Source: Trichosphaerium sp. ATCC 40318 (taxonomy: Eukaryota > Protista > Tubulinea). Taken from it: a stretch of 64,000 nt of DNA. Of the stretch, positions 13,787 to 31,900 are shown one piece after another. The notes under the pieces were generated by a model, which saw only the letters and a program-made list of their open reading frames with translations, did no database searches and was not told where the DNA came from. The DNA lies in contig JALMLS010000440.1 in assembly GCA_038496445.1 (NCBI GenBank), forward strand, positions 255,197 through 319,196. The letters run 5' to 3'. Positions within the stretch are counted from its first letter, which is position 1. Every line of letters starts with the position of its first letter. A program made the position numbers and the translations under genes.

Positions 13787-15182
13787 TCAATCTTTTTTGG
13801 GAACTCTTTGTCTTTTGACATCTTCACTTTTTTGTATTGTTGTCCCGCTATCTCCTTTTCTTTTCAAGCTATTACCATTCTCCTCATTTATTACCTTTAC
13901 TGAGTCTACTAATTTATAATCTCCAACATAAGTACGTAATAAATCAATAACAACAGCACCACAGCCTAATACTTGCCCTAGAAAACGAGTTAACTACAAT
14001 GTTGATTTGAAAAAAAAAGGTGAAAAAAAATCAAAACGTCAACGCTGATACCGATCTAAGCGGTTTTTTCGATTTTAAGGTTAGTGTGTACGTACCCAAG
14101 TTATTACTAATTGATCTAACATAAGTACCATGAGAAGCACTAACTGTTATTTGAGCAATATTCATTGACTTGTCTTGGTTTTTATCAAAAAAATTATTCC
14201 ATTTTTCAATTGTAATGTCTTGACGAAAGTCGCCTTTTACATTAGATAATCTTGTTATAACATGTTCTCTAAGTTTTTCTATACTCCATACTTGTACCCA
14301 ATCAAGTGTTATCTCAAATATTTCGATCTGTTTCTTTGGTATAAGGTGTTTTACTTCATCAATTTTACCCAACTTAGCCCAATAAAACAAAGGCTTGCTC
14401 TTCACACGTACAGACGAGAATGGCGGATATGTTTGTTCATGCTTACCTTTAACTTATTAGTTACAAAAAATATAATTCAGTTCGCTCAAAACAACACGTG
14501 ACATAATCAATGTCAAGCAAAAAAATCGGTTTTTTTCGGTTTTTTTCAAGAAAAAAGTTGTGTACCTGCCATTCCCTCGACATGTTTTGACAGACGTTCT
14601 TCAAAATCGGTCCCACAATCTACGGAGGCACCTACAGACGCATAGCGGTAAGAAACGATGTATTTTTAACGAGAATGGAGCATTCTATTAGTGGCTTGTT
14701 AAAAGCAAGTACAAAGGTGTCGTACCATCTTTAAGAATGCCTAGAACATCATACGTATCCGTAGAAACTCCAAAGGCGCTTTGAAACACATACCTATCAA
14801 TGAATTAGAAATACTCATTTTCGAGCATCTCACGCACTCTTTATCCATTCCTTCGTATTCTTGACGCTTTTTGTTTTCATCGCCAACTAAACAAACCAAA
14901 ACGCCTCGTGCCATTGGGTCAAGGCGCCCAGCACATGCTATCTCATGTAGCTTGAATAACGCGCACTTTTGGGTGAGTTTAACGAACCAATTTTCAAATG
15001 TTTGCCATCAACCGTTTTATAATCAGGATTCTTTACTCGGAATGCGTCTATAGTTTGTAGAGGTGTGAACGACACTAAAGAATCATAAATGAGCTTCAAA
15101 TGCTTCAAATGCTTCACATTCGTATAAATTAATTACCTGGCTTGTATAAGTTAACTACTGACTCCAAGGTGTTCGCCGCCAT
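13787..15182 (-). CDS. truB: tRNA pseudouridine synthase, TruB family, about 7 exons
   Basis: Spliced translation: NLYKPVSFTPLQ, CAGRLDPMARGVL (catalytic Asp), FGVSTDTYDVLG, QTYPPFSSVRVKSKPLFYWAK, GDFRQ, SHGTYVRSISNNLG, LLRTYVG. Confidence 0.9.
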
Positions 15183-15405
15183 CGTTAGCGTTGACAGATA
15201 AAAGTCGCAATTAGTCCAAATTAAACAAAGGTTGAAAGCTTCCTAATACTTTTACCAATCGATACCACTATCATAAAACACACGATAGATAGCGTATAAT
15301 TTAATCTATTTATTGTATAATCGTCACCTGTTTTTGCAAAAGGTATTGATCGCTCTGAAGAGCATGTCTTACTTGTAATAGTTTGATTCACAAGCAATTT
15401 AGCGC

Positions 15406-18694
<3,289 letters not shown>

Positions 18695-19178
18695 AAGAAA
18701 AAAAAAACAACAACCCAAAAAAAAAAGGCAAAAAATACTCCAAAACTACCTCCCCCTATTCTTTGTGTACTTGTAGATAAAACATACTTTATAAACCCAG
18801 TAAATACAGTATAAAACTATTATCACGTGTTAGTTACTTGCTTATACGTATAGCGTTATCACAACATTTTCTAGCTTACACAACTGAAAATCTGTTCCTC
18901 GTACGGAAGAATATATCTACCATTTTCTGCACAACAAAAGGAGTAAGTGATTGTGGCGCGTAGAAAACTCAAAATTTTATACTCTAACCTTCCAAAGGTG
19001 TAAAAAAGTGAGAACCTATGGAAATTAAGTAGTCTTTTAGCAAAGGAATCCATTTGTAACCAGTGGCATGTGACAAAGAGTGCATTATTCGAAGTCTGAG
19101 AAACAAGTTGTAATTTCAGTGAACGGTTTACATTATTTTAAGACACTTTAAACGCCAAACAACAACGCGAACACCTCA

Positions 19179-19427
19179 ATGGATACTTTAAAACAAGATA
19201 ATAGCACAGCGTGGGAAAGAAGCTACAACGGCAAGAAGAAGGACCACAGGTGTCGCTACAGTCAACGAAGCAGGCATTACAAACAAGATAAGGTTCGTGG
19301 TTGGCGCCGTAGAGCCGATAGAAAAGCACAACACAGCGTTAGAACACAAACGCGGTCAGCGTTATCTAAACAAGCGATTAAAGATGCCTCTGATATTCCC
19401 TTTAACAAGTATAAAGCGGGATACTAA
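19179..19427 (+). CDS. Possible small basic protein
   Basis: Isolated 82-aa Arg/Lys-rich ATG ORF; no recognisable motif. Confidence 0.3.
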   Translation: MDTLKQDNSTAWERSYNGKKKDHRCRYSQRSRHYKQDKVRGWRRRADRKAQHSVRTQTRSALSKQAIKDASDIPFNKYKAGY

Positions 19428-19918
19428 CTAAGCACCTGTGAAAAGGGTCTGGAGCATAAAACTTGTATTTCTCATTAAATCTGTACATTAGTCCTCTAGC
19501 TCGCCGTTTGTTCTATCACAGAGTCTACAAAGGGTTGGGTTTCCAACTACAATGTCGTAACCAAATAACGACCAAACAACCGTTACACGTGCGTAAAAGT
19601 TACTGACTGCAGCAACTTAATTGCCACGGTACACTTTGCAAACGCATTGGACACCTGGTTGACTATGGGGAGATAATTTATTGTATCAACAAAGTCGTTT
19701 GAAATCGGTTTCAAGTGGGATGTCAAAGCATATCAATTCAATCTTAACATCTGTTGTCAGCGTCCAAAAAACCTGTCCTGAAGCATTGTGTAACAGGCGT
19801 CACAATTACTGCTACTGATGACACAAACCATCCTGCTGTGAAACACTATCATATCGTAGTACACAGAACTACCATGTGCCTAGTTATGCAAAATAATATA
19901 GTATACTTTATTTAACAC

Positions 19919-20999
19919 CTATTTTGTGACCTCATAGGTATATCTAATACCCATTGACTTGACAGCCTCTTCTGAAATATTATCACAGTCCAGTACAGTA
20001 ATACTTTTCAGAGATTTCAAGTGCTTCAAGCAATCACCAGTAATCATGTAACAGTCATCTAACACAAGTTGTTCCAGGTTAACTAATGTCTTCAAACCTG
20101 AGTTTGTAAAATCACCATACTCAAGATGAAGATGTTTGACATTAGTCAACGCTTTGATTCAGTCATCCGTAAATGATTGAAGGTTGTTTATAATGCGTAC
20201 TGTGTGTACATCACAAAGGTACTCAAGAAATCCATCTTTTCTTGTCGTTCCTTGAATGCCATCATTACTAAATTTAATCTCATGGACACCCTTGAGTGCC
20301 TTTATTCCTTCAATGCCTAAATTATTGCAATCGTGAAGATGAATGGTGTGAACGCCAGCAAGAGCTTTGATGCCCTTATCTGTCACTTTTGGACCATAAA
20401 GATGAATTGTATGAACACTACCAAGAGCTTCAATACCTTTGTAAGTAACGTCAGTATTTAGAAGACTAATGTAATGAACACTAGCAGAGCTTCAACTCCT
20501 TTGTATGTAACATTTGTATCATTCAAATAAATCGTATGAACGCCAGCGAGTGCAATCACACCATCATCTGTTACTCTTGTATAACCAAGGTTTATAGAGT
20601 GAACACCAGCAAGATATTCAATAGCTTCATCATCAATAGGAGTTTGATAAAGGTTAATTGTATGAACTCCTGCAAGCCATTTAACACCTTTAGCTGATAC
20701 CTTAGTTTTACGAAGGTCAATCAAATTGTGTGAACTCCTTTAAATTTTTCCAGAAGATTGTCACCAGGAAACCCTTTAAGTAAATCATTAACTAACCGGA
20801 TATTTGTGTGTTTAATGATGCCCTTGTGTTTTATAACTTCAAGTGCTTGCTTGTTTGTTGTTATACTGACGCTATAGTATCCAATGATGTCATGTATGAT
20901 AGAAGAAAGGAGATGACATGTTTGACAAGCTTTAAATCGTGCTTTCCTTGTAAACAAGAGAATGCTCGCTATAATCTCTATTGGTAGATCCAATAACAT
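19919..20999 (-). pseudogene. F-box/LRR pseudogene, paralog of 12655-13287
   Basis: Same N-terminus (LDLPIEIIASILLFTRKARFKACQTC) and GVHTI repeats; disrupted by a short duplication near 20722, a 1-nt loss near 20485 and an in-frame TGA at 20159-20161. Confidence 0.85.
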
Positions 21000-21618
21000 T
21001 GTTTTAGCAGTCCACTATTGTTTTAGTTAAAATACATTACTGCGTTTTACCGTTTATCCTAGACGTTTGTGAAGTCAGGCTCTATGTCCATGGCTGTGGG
21101 AGGCTTATATCCAAAGAGTACGGAAGAGTGGTTATCGTATTTATTCCCGTGAGATAGTGATCTCCGGGCGGTGTACAAGTGAATCACACTCCTTGAACTC
21201 AGCGGTGTTACATTTTTCACTCTTACAGCTGCGCTTTCCGACAAAAGGAACGGCGAAGACCGTTAATAGCTTGACTGCTACTGAAACGTTCATGTGGACT
21301 CTTTTATAAATTCTAGCCCTTCAAACTTGACAATTCTGCTACAGGTTCTGTCACGTGACATAAGCAAAGTGAGTCTTAAATTCGCTAAAAAGCGTCAATA
21401 AATTAATTACACCACGAACAACAGCTTTGGTATGATCTTAACATGACAATTATCAATTATGCAACTATGTGGTTTTTATTACAATGCAGTTTCCACTTTG
21501 TAAAGCATTGATACGGTCATGTTACTTGTCTTGTAGGCTGTTAACAACATTTATTTGAGCACTCTGAATAAGAATAAAAATGTGTCGTGTACAACATAAG
21601 TCACGTGACTAAATTGTT

Positions 21619-22542
21619 TTAATTCCAGACTCTGATAAACTTGATACCAGCTGCTTCAACATGCTCTTGTATAATATTTGAATTAAAAGTGGCTTCAATG
21701 ACTTTAAGAGATTGCATGTGTTTAAAAAAGTCAGTGTTAATACCAGTACAATGAACCAGCTTAAGGCGTTTAAGGTTACCCAAATTCTTAAACCCTGATC
21801 CTGTTACATTGTAACATTCATACAAGACAAGCCATGTTACATTAGTAAATGCCTTAATTCCTTCATCACTGACTAAGTGAGATCCATGTGAGTTTGGTTC
21901 TTTCAATACAATTGTAGAAGCATTACTAAGGTGGTGAAGATATTCATCTTTTGGGTTTCTTACAATGATGTTATGTACATCTTTAAGTGCTTTAACTCCC
22001 TCTGCAGTTATCCCGAACTTATCACCATTAAAGCTAATATAACGAACACCTGTAAGTGCTTTTAATGAGACATCTGTTAATGATGTATATTCCAAGCTGA
22101 TTGTGTGAATATCATTTTTTTGAACTAATGCAAGAATGCCTTTATCTGTAATCTTCGTGTCATCAAGTAGTATTGTATGTACTCCTGATAACTCTTTAAG
22201 GCATTCATCTGTTACTTTGGTATAAGAAAGCTTTATATTGTGAACACCATCAAGACAAGCCATATCATCAGGTGACACCTGCAAACCCCACACACTTCGA
22301 ATTTTTGTGTTTTTAAGCAATGGGCTGCCCTTTAAAACTTGACAATCTGCTGAGGACTGTAATTCGATGCTTACAAAGCCGAGATTATGTCGAATGATGT
22401 TGTTAAAGAGATGGGAGGTTGTGGTGGCGCTAATACGTTGCTTTTTGGGTAAATACCGTAAGATACAAGTTAACGTCTCTGCTGGTAGCGTGGTAATGCT
22501 AGCGACGCGCTGTGATGACGATTGTTGCTGTTTGTTTTCCAT
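21619..22542 (-). CDS. Intronless F-box/LRR protein
   Basis: ITTLPAETLTCILRYL F-box; repeats LSGVHTILLDDTKITDKGI. Confidence 0.85.
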   Translation of the reverse strand: MENKQQQSSSQRVASITTLPAETLTCILRYLPKKQRISATTTSHLFNNIIRHNLGFVSIELQSSADCQVLKGSPLLKNTKIRSVWGLQVSPDDMACLDGVHNIKLSYTKVTDECLKELSGVHTILLDDTKITDKGILALVQKNDIHTISLEYTSLTDVSLKALTGVRYISFNGDKFGITAEGVKALKDVHNIIVRNPKDEYLHHLSNASTIVLKEPNSHGSHLVSDEGIKAFTNVTWLVLYECYNVTGSGFKNLGNLKRLKLVHCTGINTDFFKHMQSLKVIEATFNSNIIQEHVEAAGIKFIRVWN

Positions 22543-22944
22543 AACGTTGTTTGCGATGCCTATCGTGCTTGTAGCTGTTGATCACTAACGACACAAGTGG
22601 TTCAACCGTGCTGTAGCAAAAACAGACTTTGAGAATTTGGAAGGAACTTGACCGAGTAGAGAACTTCTCTATGAAATTACACTACTTTTTGTTTTTTTTC
22701 GAATTTTCCATGTTGTATTAACACCTACCATTTCCATACCTCTTATTTTGTATGCCATGATCTAGAAGGGTAAGCATAATATTTTTTGCTGGTTAAAACG
22801 AACTACATCCTGACAGTGACTTAACAAATTCTAAAAATTGTTTGTTTATTACTTTACAAAATAAACGATTGAACTTCTGTTTCAGGTGTCGTTATCAATA
22901 CATCATCAGTGTTAAGTACTGTACGAAGCTGGTCTTGTTCGTAT

Positions 22945-25900
22945 CTATTCTTTTTCTTACGCTGAGCATACCATATTGGTATAGGCATCAGAATGAGAAG
23001 AAGACCAAGAACACAATATGCAATGATCAAGTAAACTAAAGTGAAAATAAAGTAAGCTGGTAATGTTCGCTTTGTGTTTGAGTTTCAGCGAACCTTTTGT
23101 TGTCAGGAATGTGGTATTCGCACAAGCGGGTTGCCTGTCGTGTCTCCAGAACCATATACTACCAAGCATCTGCAAGGTAATTCGTTAGAGGCAAAAGAGA
23201 ACGAAGGTAACATAAACAGAAAAAAAGAGGAATAGTGATTCCGAAACTCGTTTCACGTTCTTTTCTCCACGGTTTGTGAGTGGCTTATTTACGTACCAAC
23301 CAAACAAGAGCAGATGCAAAGCTCAGCGCAAAAGTGATGACTGATATCCTAATTAAAATAAGACTTTGTACGAGTTACAAAACAAATAAAGTTGCCGATT
23401 TGATTCAAGTCATACCAGCCTTTGTGCATTCTTCCATCTTCTGATTTTTTGCGCCATAGCCGTGGATAATACACGCATCCAAGAGATAATCCCATGAGTA
23501 ATCCCATAACAACTTGTATGATACCAGTCACGAGCTGTTAAAGAAAAGGTGTAAGTTCAAAGCACTAAAAAGCATTTTTTTGTGTTTGTACCAGAAATAG
23601 TTCTAATGGTGAACAGCTTGGTTGATATTCTGCAAATACATAGAAAAACCATGCGGCTGATCCAAGTAGTATAGCAAGTATTATCAAATAAGTTATCAAC
23701 ACACAACATGTTTGTGCTTTCGAATCTTCAAAAAAACTGTTAGTGGTTTTTTTTGGTTACACTTTGGGTTCTTTTGACGTACTCTTGTCATCTTGTAGTT
23801 CTATAGAATCCATATCTTTAAATGGTTTAACATCATAAATAGCCAAATCAGCAGTATCAAGCTCTATAGGTAGCTTTGGGTACTTGACACGACCTTTTTT
23901 GTCTAATTTGCTGTCTATAAACAAACATGTCAGAAAAAGCACATAAAAAACACGTGGAAACAACTTGAGGTTTCAAAGTAGTTAAGTAGAAACTAATAAA
24001 TATCCGAGTGATGTTGTTTAAAGATTTACAGGAAGATAAAATGTTTTGAGGAGATGATAGAAGAATAGTTTTTTTTTTCATTGTACCTTTTGATACAAGA
24101 ACACTTATTGGCTCTAGTGTGTTATCACCATGTTTGATTACAATCTCATGATCTCCAAATACCTTAGGCTTAAATGTACAACGCATTGTACGATCTTCGC
24201 CTTTAAGAGAGTATTTATCGCTATGCTCTATTTCGTTCTTTGAAGGATCCAAAACTGTGACCTAAAACTTCATCAACAAAAGAGTCTCGTTGACGTAATT
24301 CAGGTTCTAGAAATCTTAACAAGTTTCGTACATGTACATCTCTTGAACTTGATTCTCCTAGTTCAATAACGAAGTAATGAGGTGCTGGCTTCGTTTTTGG
24401 TTTCTCTTCTTGAACAATTGTTAAAAAGAACGAACTAAATACTAGTGTAGCATCACATACCTTCACGATCGAATACAGAGAGTTCCTTTTCTATTGTTTC
24501 TCCTTCATATTCTAAGCTTAAAATATATTTTCCTTGGCTATCTGGAGTGAAAGATAATACAACATCATCACCACTCTTAGAGACCTTAAACAAGTTATTC
24601 TCAAATTATTCTCGCATCTTGCTACAATTTTTTGGGACCTACCTTAGCTGGGTGGACTTGACCATCTTCGGTCTTTACTAAAGCGGTGACTTCTGATGCG
24701 TCAATATCGTCTAAAGGTACAATGTCGCCAAAATCGACCGTTTGGCTGACTTCTTGCTCAGCGACCCAAATCTTACTCCCAACCAGTTTAATAGACGGTT
24801 CTAGCTCCTGCTCTGTTTCCGATGGTTCTAAACAAACTATGAGTAAGAGCAAGAGATTTTTTCTTGGTACCTGGCATAGGATGTACTGTAACATCTTCCT
24901 TAAGTAATAGTTCTCCTTTGTAAGAAACAGTAAGTGGTAAAACACCAACAGATTTTGGATGGAACGTCAATCCAACTTGTCCAACTCTATCACTAAAGAG
25001 AAGCATTAGGATTGAACCACGAGCACAAGGAATACATATCAAGAAGTCGGTTCAAACAAAAGAGTAGCATACGTAGGAGATATAGAAGGATTTGTGATGA
25101 GAGGAATTTCAATGTTGACATTTTCTATTTCAACTGGAAGCACTTCTCCTGTTTTTCTGTTTGTAAATGATATTATTCCATTAACAACAGATCCAGCTAC
25201 TACATCTTCAGGTATACTAGAAGACGCTGTTGCGACTATAAAAAGTAGGTGAGTTTGTGAGCAAAAGCAAAGAGTAAAAGACAGTATGAGAAGAATACAA
25301 GAAAAGTTTTTGCGCGTGGCCTTGGTGGTTAAAAACATTGCTTGAGTCGTACCTATTGTTGGCTTCTTAACTTGAACTTCTGCTGTAACAAGTGGTACAC
25401 CTTTTAGAGTTACTGCTAGCTTCCCTTGGCCAGGATTATTCGGAGTTACTTCGAAAGGCACTTTTCCAGTGATGATAGATTCTTCGACTTTACACTCTTG
25501 GTCATTAAGGAATACTTTAATATCAGCTGCGCTGACATCCATAGCTAATCCAGTCTCACCATCGTTGATAGTAAGAAGACCCTTTTCATCATCTTTGGCT
25601 GTAAGAATTGGAAAACCTGTTGATGGATTTGTTCGATCTGAAGCGAAAGATATCGATGCTTGAGGCATAGGTGGTATTGTTACTTTTGATGTATCAGTCT
25701 TTACGATATCTCCATCATACTCAAAAGTTACTATCATATCACCTTGTTTCTCTGGTGTTATTGAAACGCTTATTTTGTTATCGGTTGGGACATCAATAAG
25801 AATCTTTGATTGAGGTTCTGTTGTCACATTTAATTTCTCTGCATCTATTTCGTGAGGTGATTTGTTGATTTCTCTGTGAATACAAGATCTGCAACGTATG

Positions 25901-28900
25901 TTTTACCAACAGTCATCTTATCAGGCAGCGTCGAAGTGACAGAGAGCTCTAAACGCAAAAGTTAAAAATCAAACAAAACAATTTTTGTTTCTTCAGCACC
26001 TGTTTTTGCGTCAACTGCGAATGCTTGAGGCTCAACTTTAGCACCATCATATGTAATGGATACATGGTGAGTTCCTGGGTTAGGAGCTACGAAATCTACT
26101 GTATCGTTTGTCAGAGTTGTTGGTGTTTCTGGAATGGATATAGCCAGTTTTGATAAATCTATTTTACAAGGTTTTCCGTTCTCTGAGTTTGTTGCTGAAA
26201 CCTTTGCAGAAACTTTAGAACCTGTAATAACATCCTCTGGAATATCTAGGGTTATATTTGGTACTAAACAATTGCGTTAGATAAGCTGTACTTCAAAGAA
26301 AAGGTAACCATAATTCGTACATTGAAGCACATCGACATCTTGTTCGAGGATGTTATTCCCTCCGCTTTCTACGATCATCTTCTGTTTACCAGGATTTGTA
26401 GGTTCAAGATCAATAGTGAATGTACCAGGTACATCACCAACAGATAGTTGTACATCATTACCAGAAAGCGAACAAGAAATATCATCCAAGTCTAAAGGTA
26501 TTGGTTCTTTTGTCTCTTCATCACTTATTGCAAGTTTTGCATTATACTTATTCTTGGCATACAACCGCTCTGGTAGCTCTACAGAAGCAACAATGACTAC
26601 ATACGAATAAGTTAAATATGTCATAATAAATCACGTGATAATTTTTTTAGTTCGTACCTTGTGGTGATTTTGATTCAAAATCCTTTGAAAGAACTTCATC
26701 TCCATCATAAGAAATGACAAGTTTGTTTGGACCAACTTTTTCTGTAAAAATTTTCAAAGGTACTTCATGAGGAACATCAGAAGATCCAATATCTACATCA
26801 CCATCTTCAAGTGTTGCTTTAACTTTCTCTTTATCAATAGGATATCCTTCATCTGATACTGAGTCCTTCGCCTTTAATACAACCTCAAGAGGAGTACCAG
26901 CTAGATTATCTGGTACTTCGCACGTGAAAGTTGGTTTTGATTTAGGCGACACGTCTAGTTTGCATGACGCCATTTCTTTATCTTCGTAGTTTACAACAAT
27001 ATCCACAGGACCTTCGTCACTTGGCGTTAATGAGACGGAAACCATACCAGGCTTGTCTGGGATTGGTTCTACTTTGACAGGAGTGCCGTTTGAAGTTGTA
27101 ACTGATAGTTTGGACATGTCAATTGGCATTGGATCTCCAGATGCGTTATCTGTTAAAGAAAAGTTTGTAGAGAGTTCTGAACCTGCTTTTGGCTCTTCTG
27201 GGATATCTTGGAATGCACCCAAAGGCTCTAAAGGAGAATTAAGTCAGAAAAGTGTTTTTGAGTTCAACGAAAACAAGCTTTCATCGTGTTGGCACTTGCC
27301 TTGTTTGTTGTTTATCTGAATCTCCTTTGACAGTATTTCTTCATTGTCTAGAGTTACCTTTATCGTTGATTTACCAGGTTCGTCAACAGAGAAAGAAACT
27401 GGGAAAGTTCCAAGAGCATCAGAGTCACTAACGTCTATTGTACCATTCTCGATTGTGACATTAATCTTATCTTTTGCAACATCCATAGGTTCCGACTTTA
27501 TGGCGTCTACTACGAATAAAGTAGCATTAACAGTATCACCAACTATCAAGTCTTCAGGTATGTCTTCGATTTTAGCGACTGGTTCTTAGTGAGAAAGAAT
27601 TAAGTTAACAATAAAGATCTAGTTAAGAAAAGTTTTTCTTGATGGCGTTATCTTTACCTTTTTTGGCTTCGAACGTTATATCCTTGGTACCAATAACAGT
27701 TGCTTCATAGAATACTTCAAGCTTTTTGGTACCATCATTAGTGAATGGCAAAGGTATTTTGAATTCTGAAGGGTTATCGGTTGGAGTACATTCGACATCT
27801 TCATCGCCAAGTGTGGCTTTGATGTCATCTGATTCCAATCCTGGGAACGGTTCTGTTGATTCTTCATCAACAACTTTGACGATAGCTTCAGCATCTGTGC
27901 CTTCAGCAACTGTATCTGGTGCTGTAAACTCGGCAACAGGAACTACAAATGAGTTAGTACAAATAAAGTTCGAATTGTACCCTTACCTTTCTTTGATACA
28001 ACAGGGATTTCTTGAGATAGCACATCAGCATCGTTGTATTTTGCAGAGATTGTGAGAGGTCCAACAGATTCAGGAGTGAACGAGATTGATACTTCATTTG
28101 GATGATCATCAACAGACTCAACTGTGACTGGAACATCACCAGAAAGAGTGACATTCAAACTATCTTTATCAATGTCCATTGGATCGCCTGATTCTTTGTC
28201 TGTCATTTGGAGTGTCAGTTGAGATTCGGAACCAGCAATGATCTCATCAGGAGCATCATCAATTGTCATGATTGGTACTAAAATTAACATTAACAAAGTT
28301 TGCGGAAAACAAATGAGATGGTTGTACCTTGTTTCTTTTTAGCATCGAGCTCCTTTGACAATATTTCTTCACCATCATAAGTCACTACTAGTTTGTTGCT
28401 GTCTTCATCAGGGGTGAATGTGAAAGGAACTTGTCCAAGTGTATCAGAATCACCAACTTCAACAGGTTTGTCACCAACAGTGACAGCGAGTTTGTCTTTC
28501 TCGACTTCCATTGGCGATTCTGTGACTGAATCTACAACCTTCAATGTTGCTTCAACAGGTTCACCAATAGTAAGGGTTTCAGGTAAGCCTTCACAAGTTG
28601 CAGATGGAGCTTGAGTGATTGATTAGTAAAATAAGAATAAGTACAGTCCTAGGTTACCTTTCTTGTGTTCAAAGTTGATATCTTTTTTACCGATGATGGT
28701 TGCTTCATAGAGAACTGATAGCGTCTTTTTACCTTCTTCAGTGTACTTTAAAGGTATTTTGAATTCTGAAGGATTATCTGTTGGGGTGCAATCGACATCT
28801 TCATCACCAAGAGTGGCTTTAATGTCATCTGACGCCAAACCTTCAAATGGTTCTTTGGATTCTTCATCAAGCACTTTGACGATCGCTTCAGACTCTATGC

Positions 28901-31900
28901 CTTCAACAACTGTATCTGGTGCTGCAAACTCGGCAACAGGAACTACAAACAGGGTTATTGAAAATTATGGGTTGATGGGAGCTGTAGATGATACCTTTCT
29001 TTGATACAACAGGTATTTCTTGAGATAACACATCAACGTCGTTGTATTTAGCGGATATGGTGAGAGGCCCAACAGATTCAGGAGTGAACGAGATTGATAC
29101 TTGATTTGGATGATCATCAACAGACTCGACTGTGACTGGTGTATCATCAGAAAGAGATACACTCAAACTATCCTTATCGATGTCTATTGGATCACCTGAC
29201 TCTTTGTCTGTCATTTGAAGTGTCAGTTGAGACTCGGAGCCAGCAATGATCTCATCAGGAGCATCATCAATTGTAACGGTTGGCACTAAAATCACGTAAG
29301 GGCTAGAAATCCCCACAGTTCTATGTACCTTGTTTTGGCTTCACTTCAAAGTCTTTTGACAATACCTCTTCACCATCATACGTAACTGTGAGCTTGTTAT
29401 CTCCTGCTTCTTCGACAGTGAAAGTGACAGGTGCTTGTCCGAGAGTTTCAGAATCGCCAACTTCAACTGTTCCTTTGTCAACACTAACATCAAGTTTGTA
29501 GTTCTCAATTGGCATTGGAGTATCTGTTACTGAGTCCTTTAGGCTAATTACGACTTTATTAGGCTCTGAGACTATAACATCTTCAGGTAAGTTGTCACAA
29601 GAAGCCACAGGTACTAGGTGTATGTTATGTTTGGTCGGTGTAATTTTTTAAGTACCTTTCTTGTGTTCGAAGTTTACATCTTTTGTTCCAATAACTGTAG
29701 CCTCGTAGAGCACTGATAGCGTTTGTTTGCCTTCTTCAGTGTACTTCAAAGGTATTTTGAACTCTGAGGGGTTATTGGTTGGAGTACATTCGACATCTTC
29801 ATCACCAAGTGTAGCCTTGATATCATCTGATTCCAATCCTGCAAATGGTTCTTTTGATTCTTCATCGAGAACTTTCACGATCGCTTCAGACTCTGTACCT
29901 TCAACGACTGCGTCTGGTACTGTGAATTCGGTAACAGGAACTAAATAATATTAAACTACAGTATACGTTGTAAACGGTATTAGTGCACCTTTCTTTGATA
30001 CAACAGGAATCTCTTGAGATAGCACATCAGCATCATTGTATTTTGCGGATATTGTAAGAGGTCCAACAGATTCAGGAGTGAATGAGATTGAGACTTCATT
30101 TGGATGATCATCAACAGACTCAACTGTGACTGGAACATCACCAGAAACAGTAACACTCAAACTATCGTTATCAATGTCCATTGGATCGCCTGATTCCTTG
30201 TCTGTCATTTGGAGTGTCAGTTGTGACTCGGAACCAGCGATGATCTCATCAGGAGCATCATCAATTGTCATGGTTGGTACTAAAATTAACATTAACAAAG
30301 TTTGCGGAAAACAAGTGAGATGCTTGTACCTTGTTTCTTTTTAGCTTCAATCTCCTTTGACAATATTTCTTCACCATCATAAGTTGCTGTTAACTTACTA
30401 TTACCTGGTTCATCAATCGTAACAGTGATAGGAAGTTGTCCAAGTGTATCAGAATCACCAACTTCAACAGGTTTGTCACCAACAGTGACAGCGAGTTTGT
30501 CTTTCTCGACTTCCATTGGCGATTCTGTGACTGAATCTACAACATTTAACGTTGCTTCAACAGGTTCACCGACTGTGAAGACTTCAGGCAATCCTTCGCA
30601 TGTTGCAGAAGGTACTAAAGAAATACCATTAATTTTTTCTGCCGTTAACTATCGTATTGTACCTTTCTTGTGTTCAAAGTCTACATCTTTGGTGCCGATG
30701 ACTGTAGCCTCATAAAACACTGATAGGGTCTGTTTACCTTCTTCAGTGTACTTTAAAGGTATTTTGAACTCTGAAGGGTTATCGGTTGGAGTACACTCGA
30801 TGTCTTCATCACCAAGTGTGGCTTTGATATCATCTGGACCCAAACCTTCAAATGCTTCCTTTGATTCTTCATCAAGAACTTTCACGATGGCGTCAGCATC
30901 TGCGCCTTCAACAACTGTATCTGGTGCTGTAAACTCGGCGACAGGAACTAAAAGGGGTTATTGAAAATTATGGGTTGATAGGTGCTGTGGGTGATACCTT
31001 TCTTTGATACAACAGGTATTTCTTGAGATAACACATCAGCATCATTATATTTTGCGGATATGGTGAGAGGCCCAACAGACTCAGGAGTGAACGAGATTGA
31101 TACTTCATTTGGATGATCATCAACAGACTCAACTGTGACTGGAACATCACCAGAAAGAGATACACTCAAACTATCTTTATCAATGTCCATTGGATCGCCT
31201 GATTCCTTATCTGTCATTTGGAGTGTAAGTTGAGACTCGGAACCAGCGATGATCTCATCAGGAGCATCATCAATTGTCATGGTTGGCACTAAAAATAAGT
31301 TACAATGAAGTCATGTACAAATATGTTCTTACCTTGTTCTGGGTTTGCTTCAAAGGCTTTTGATAATATCTCCTCACCATCGTAAGTAACTGTTAGCTTG
31401 TTATCGCCCGGTTCATCAATCGTAAAAGTGACAGGAACTTCTCCAAGCGTTTCAGAGTCACCAACTTCAACATTTCCAGAATCAACAGTCACAACAAGTT
31501 TATCTTTCTCGACTTCTAATGGTGACCCAGATACTGTGTCAATAACTTTAACAACAGATTCAATAGGTTGACCAACAATTATATCTTGAGGTAACTCGCA
31601 TTCAGCACCAGGAACTAAGAGTGAAGAAAGTGAGTCGAGACGAGAAGTGAAAACCCAAAAAAAATCGAAAAAAAGTTTACCTTTCTTTGCTTCGACATGT
31701 ATGTCCTTTGATCCAATTTCATTGTCTTGATAGCTTACAGAAAGCTTCTTATCGCCAGGTTCATTCAGTGGAATACTGACAGTAAACTCCCCAGGGTTAT
31801 CTGAAGGCTCACAAGCTAGATTTTCAGCATCAAGTAGAACTTTGACTTCAGCGGCAGGAATATCCGAAAGTGGCTCATCTGTTGCTGCATCCTTGATAGC

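Noticed and set aside
14031-14405. Truncated TruB pseudogene
   Set aside because: Upstream exons with the catalytic RLDP motif and a start codon at 15182 complete the gene
20159-20161. In-frame TGA as evidence of an alternative genetic code
   Set aside because: The same gene has two frameshifts, and other genes here end normally at TGA, TAA and TAG
22945-23710. A separate small membrane-protein gene
   Set aside because: No suitable in-frame ATG; a consensus GTACGT..AAG intron joins it in frame to the filamin-like gene (still needs RNA confirmation)
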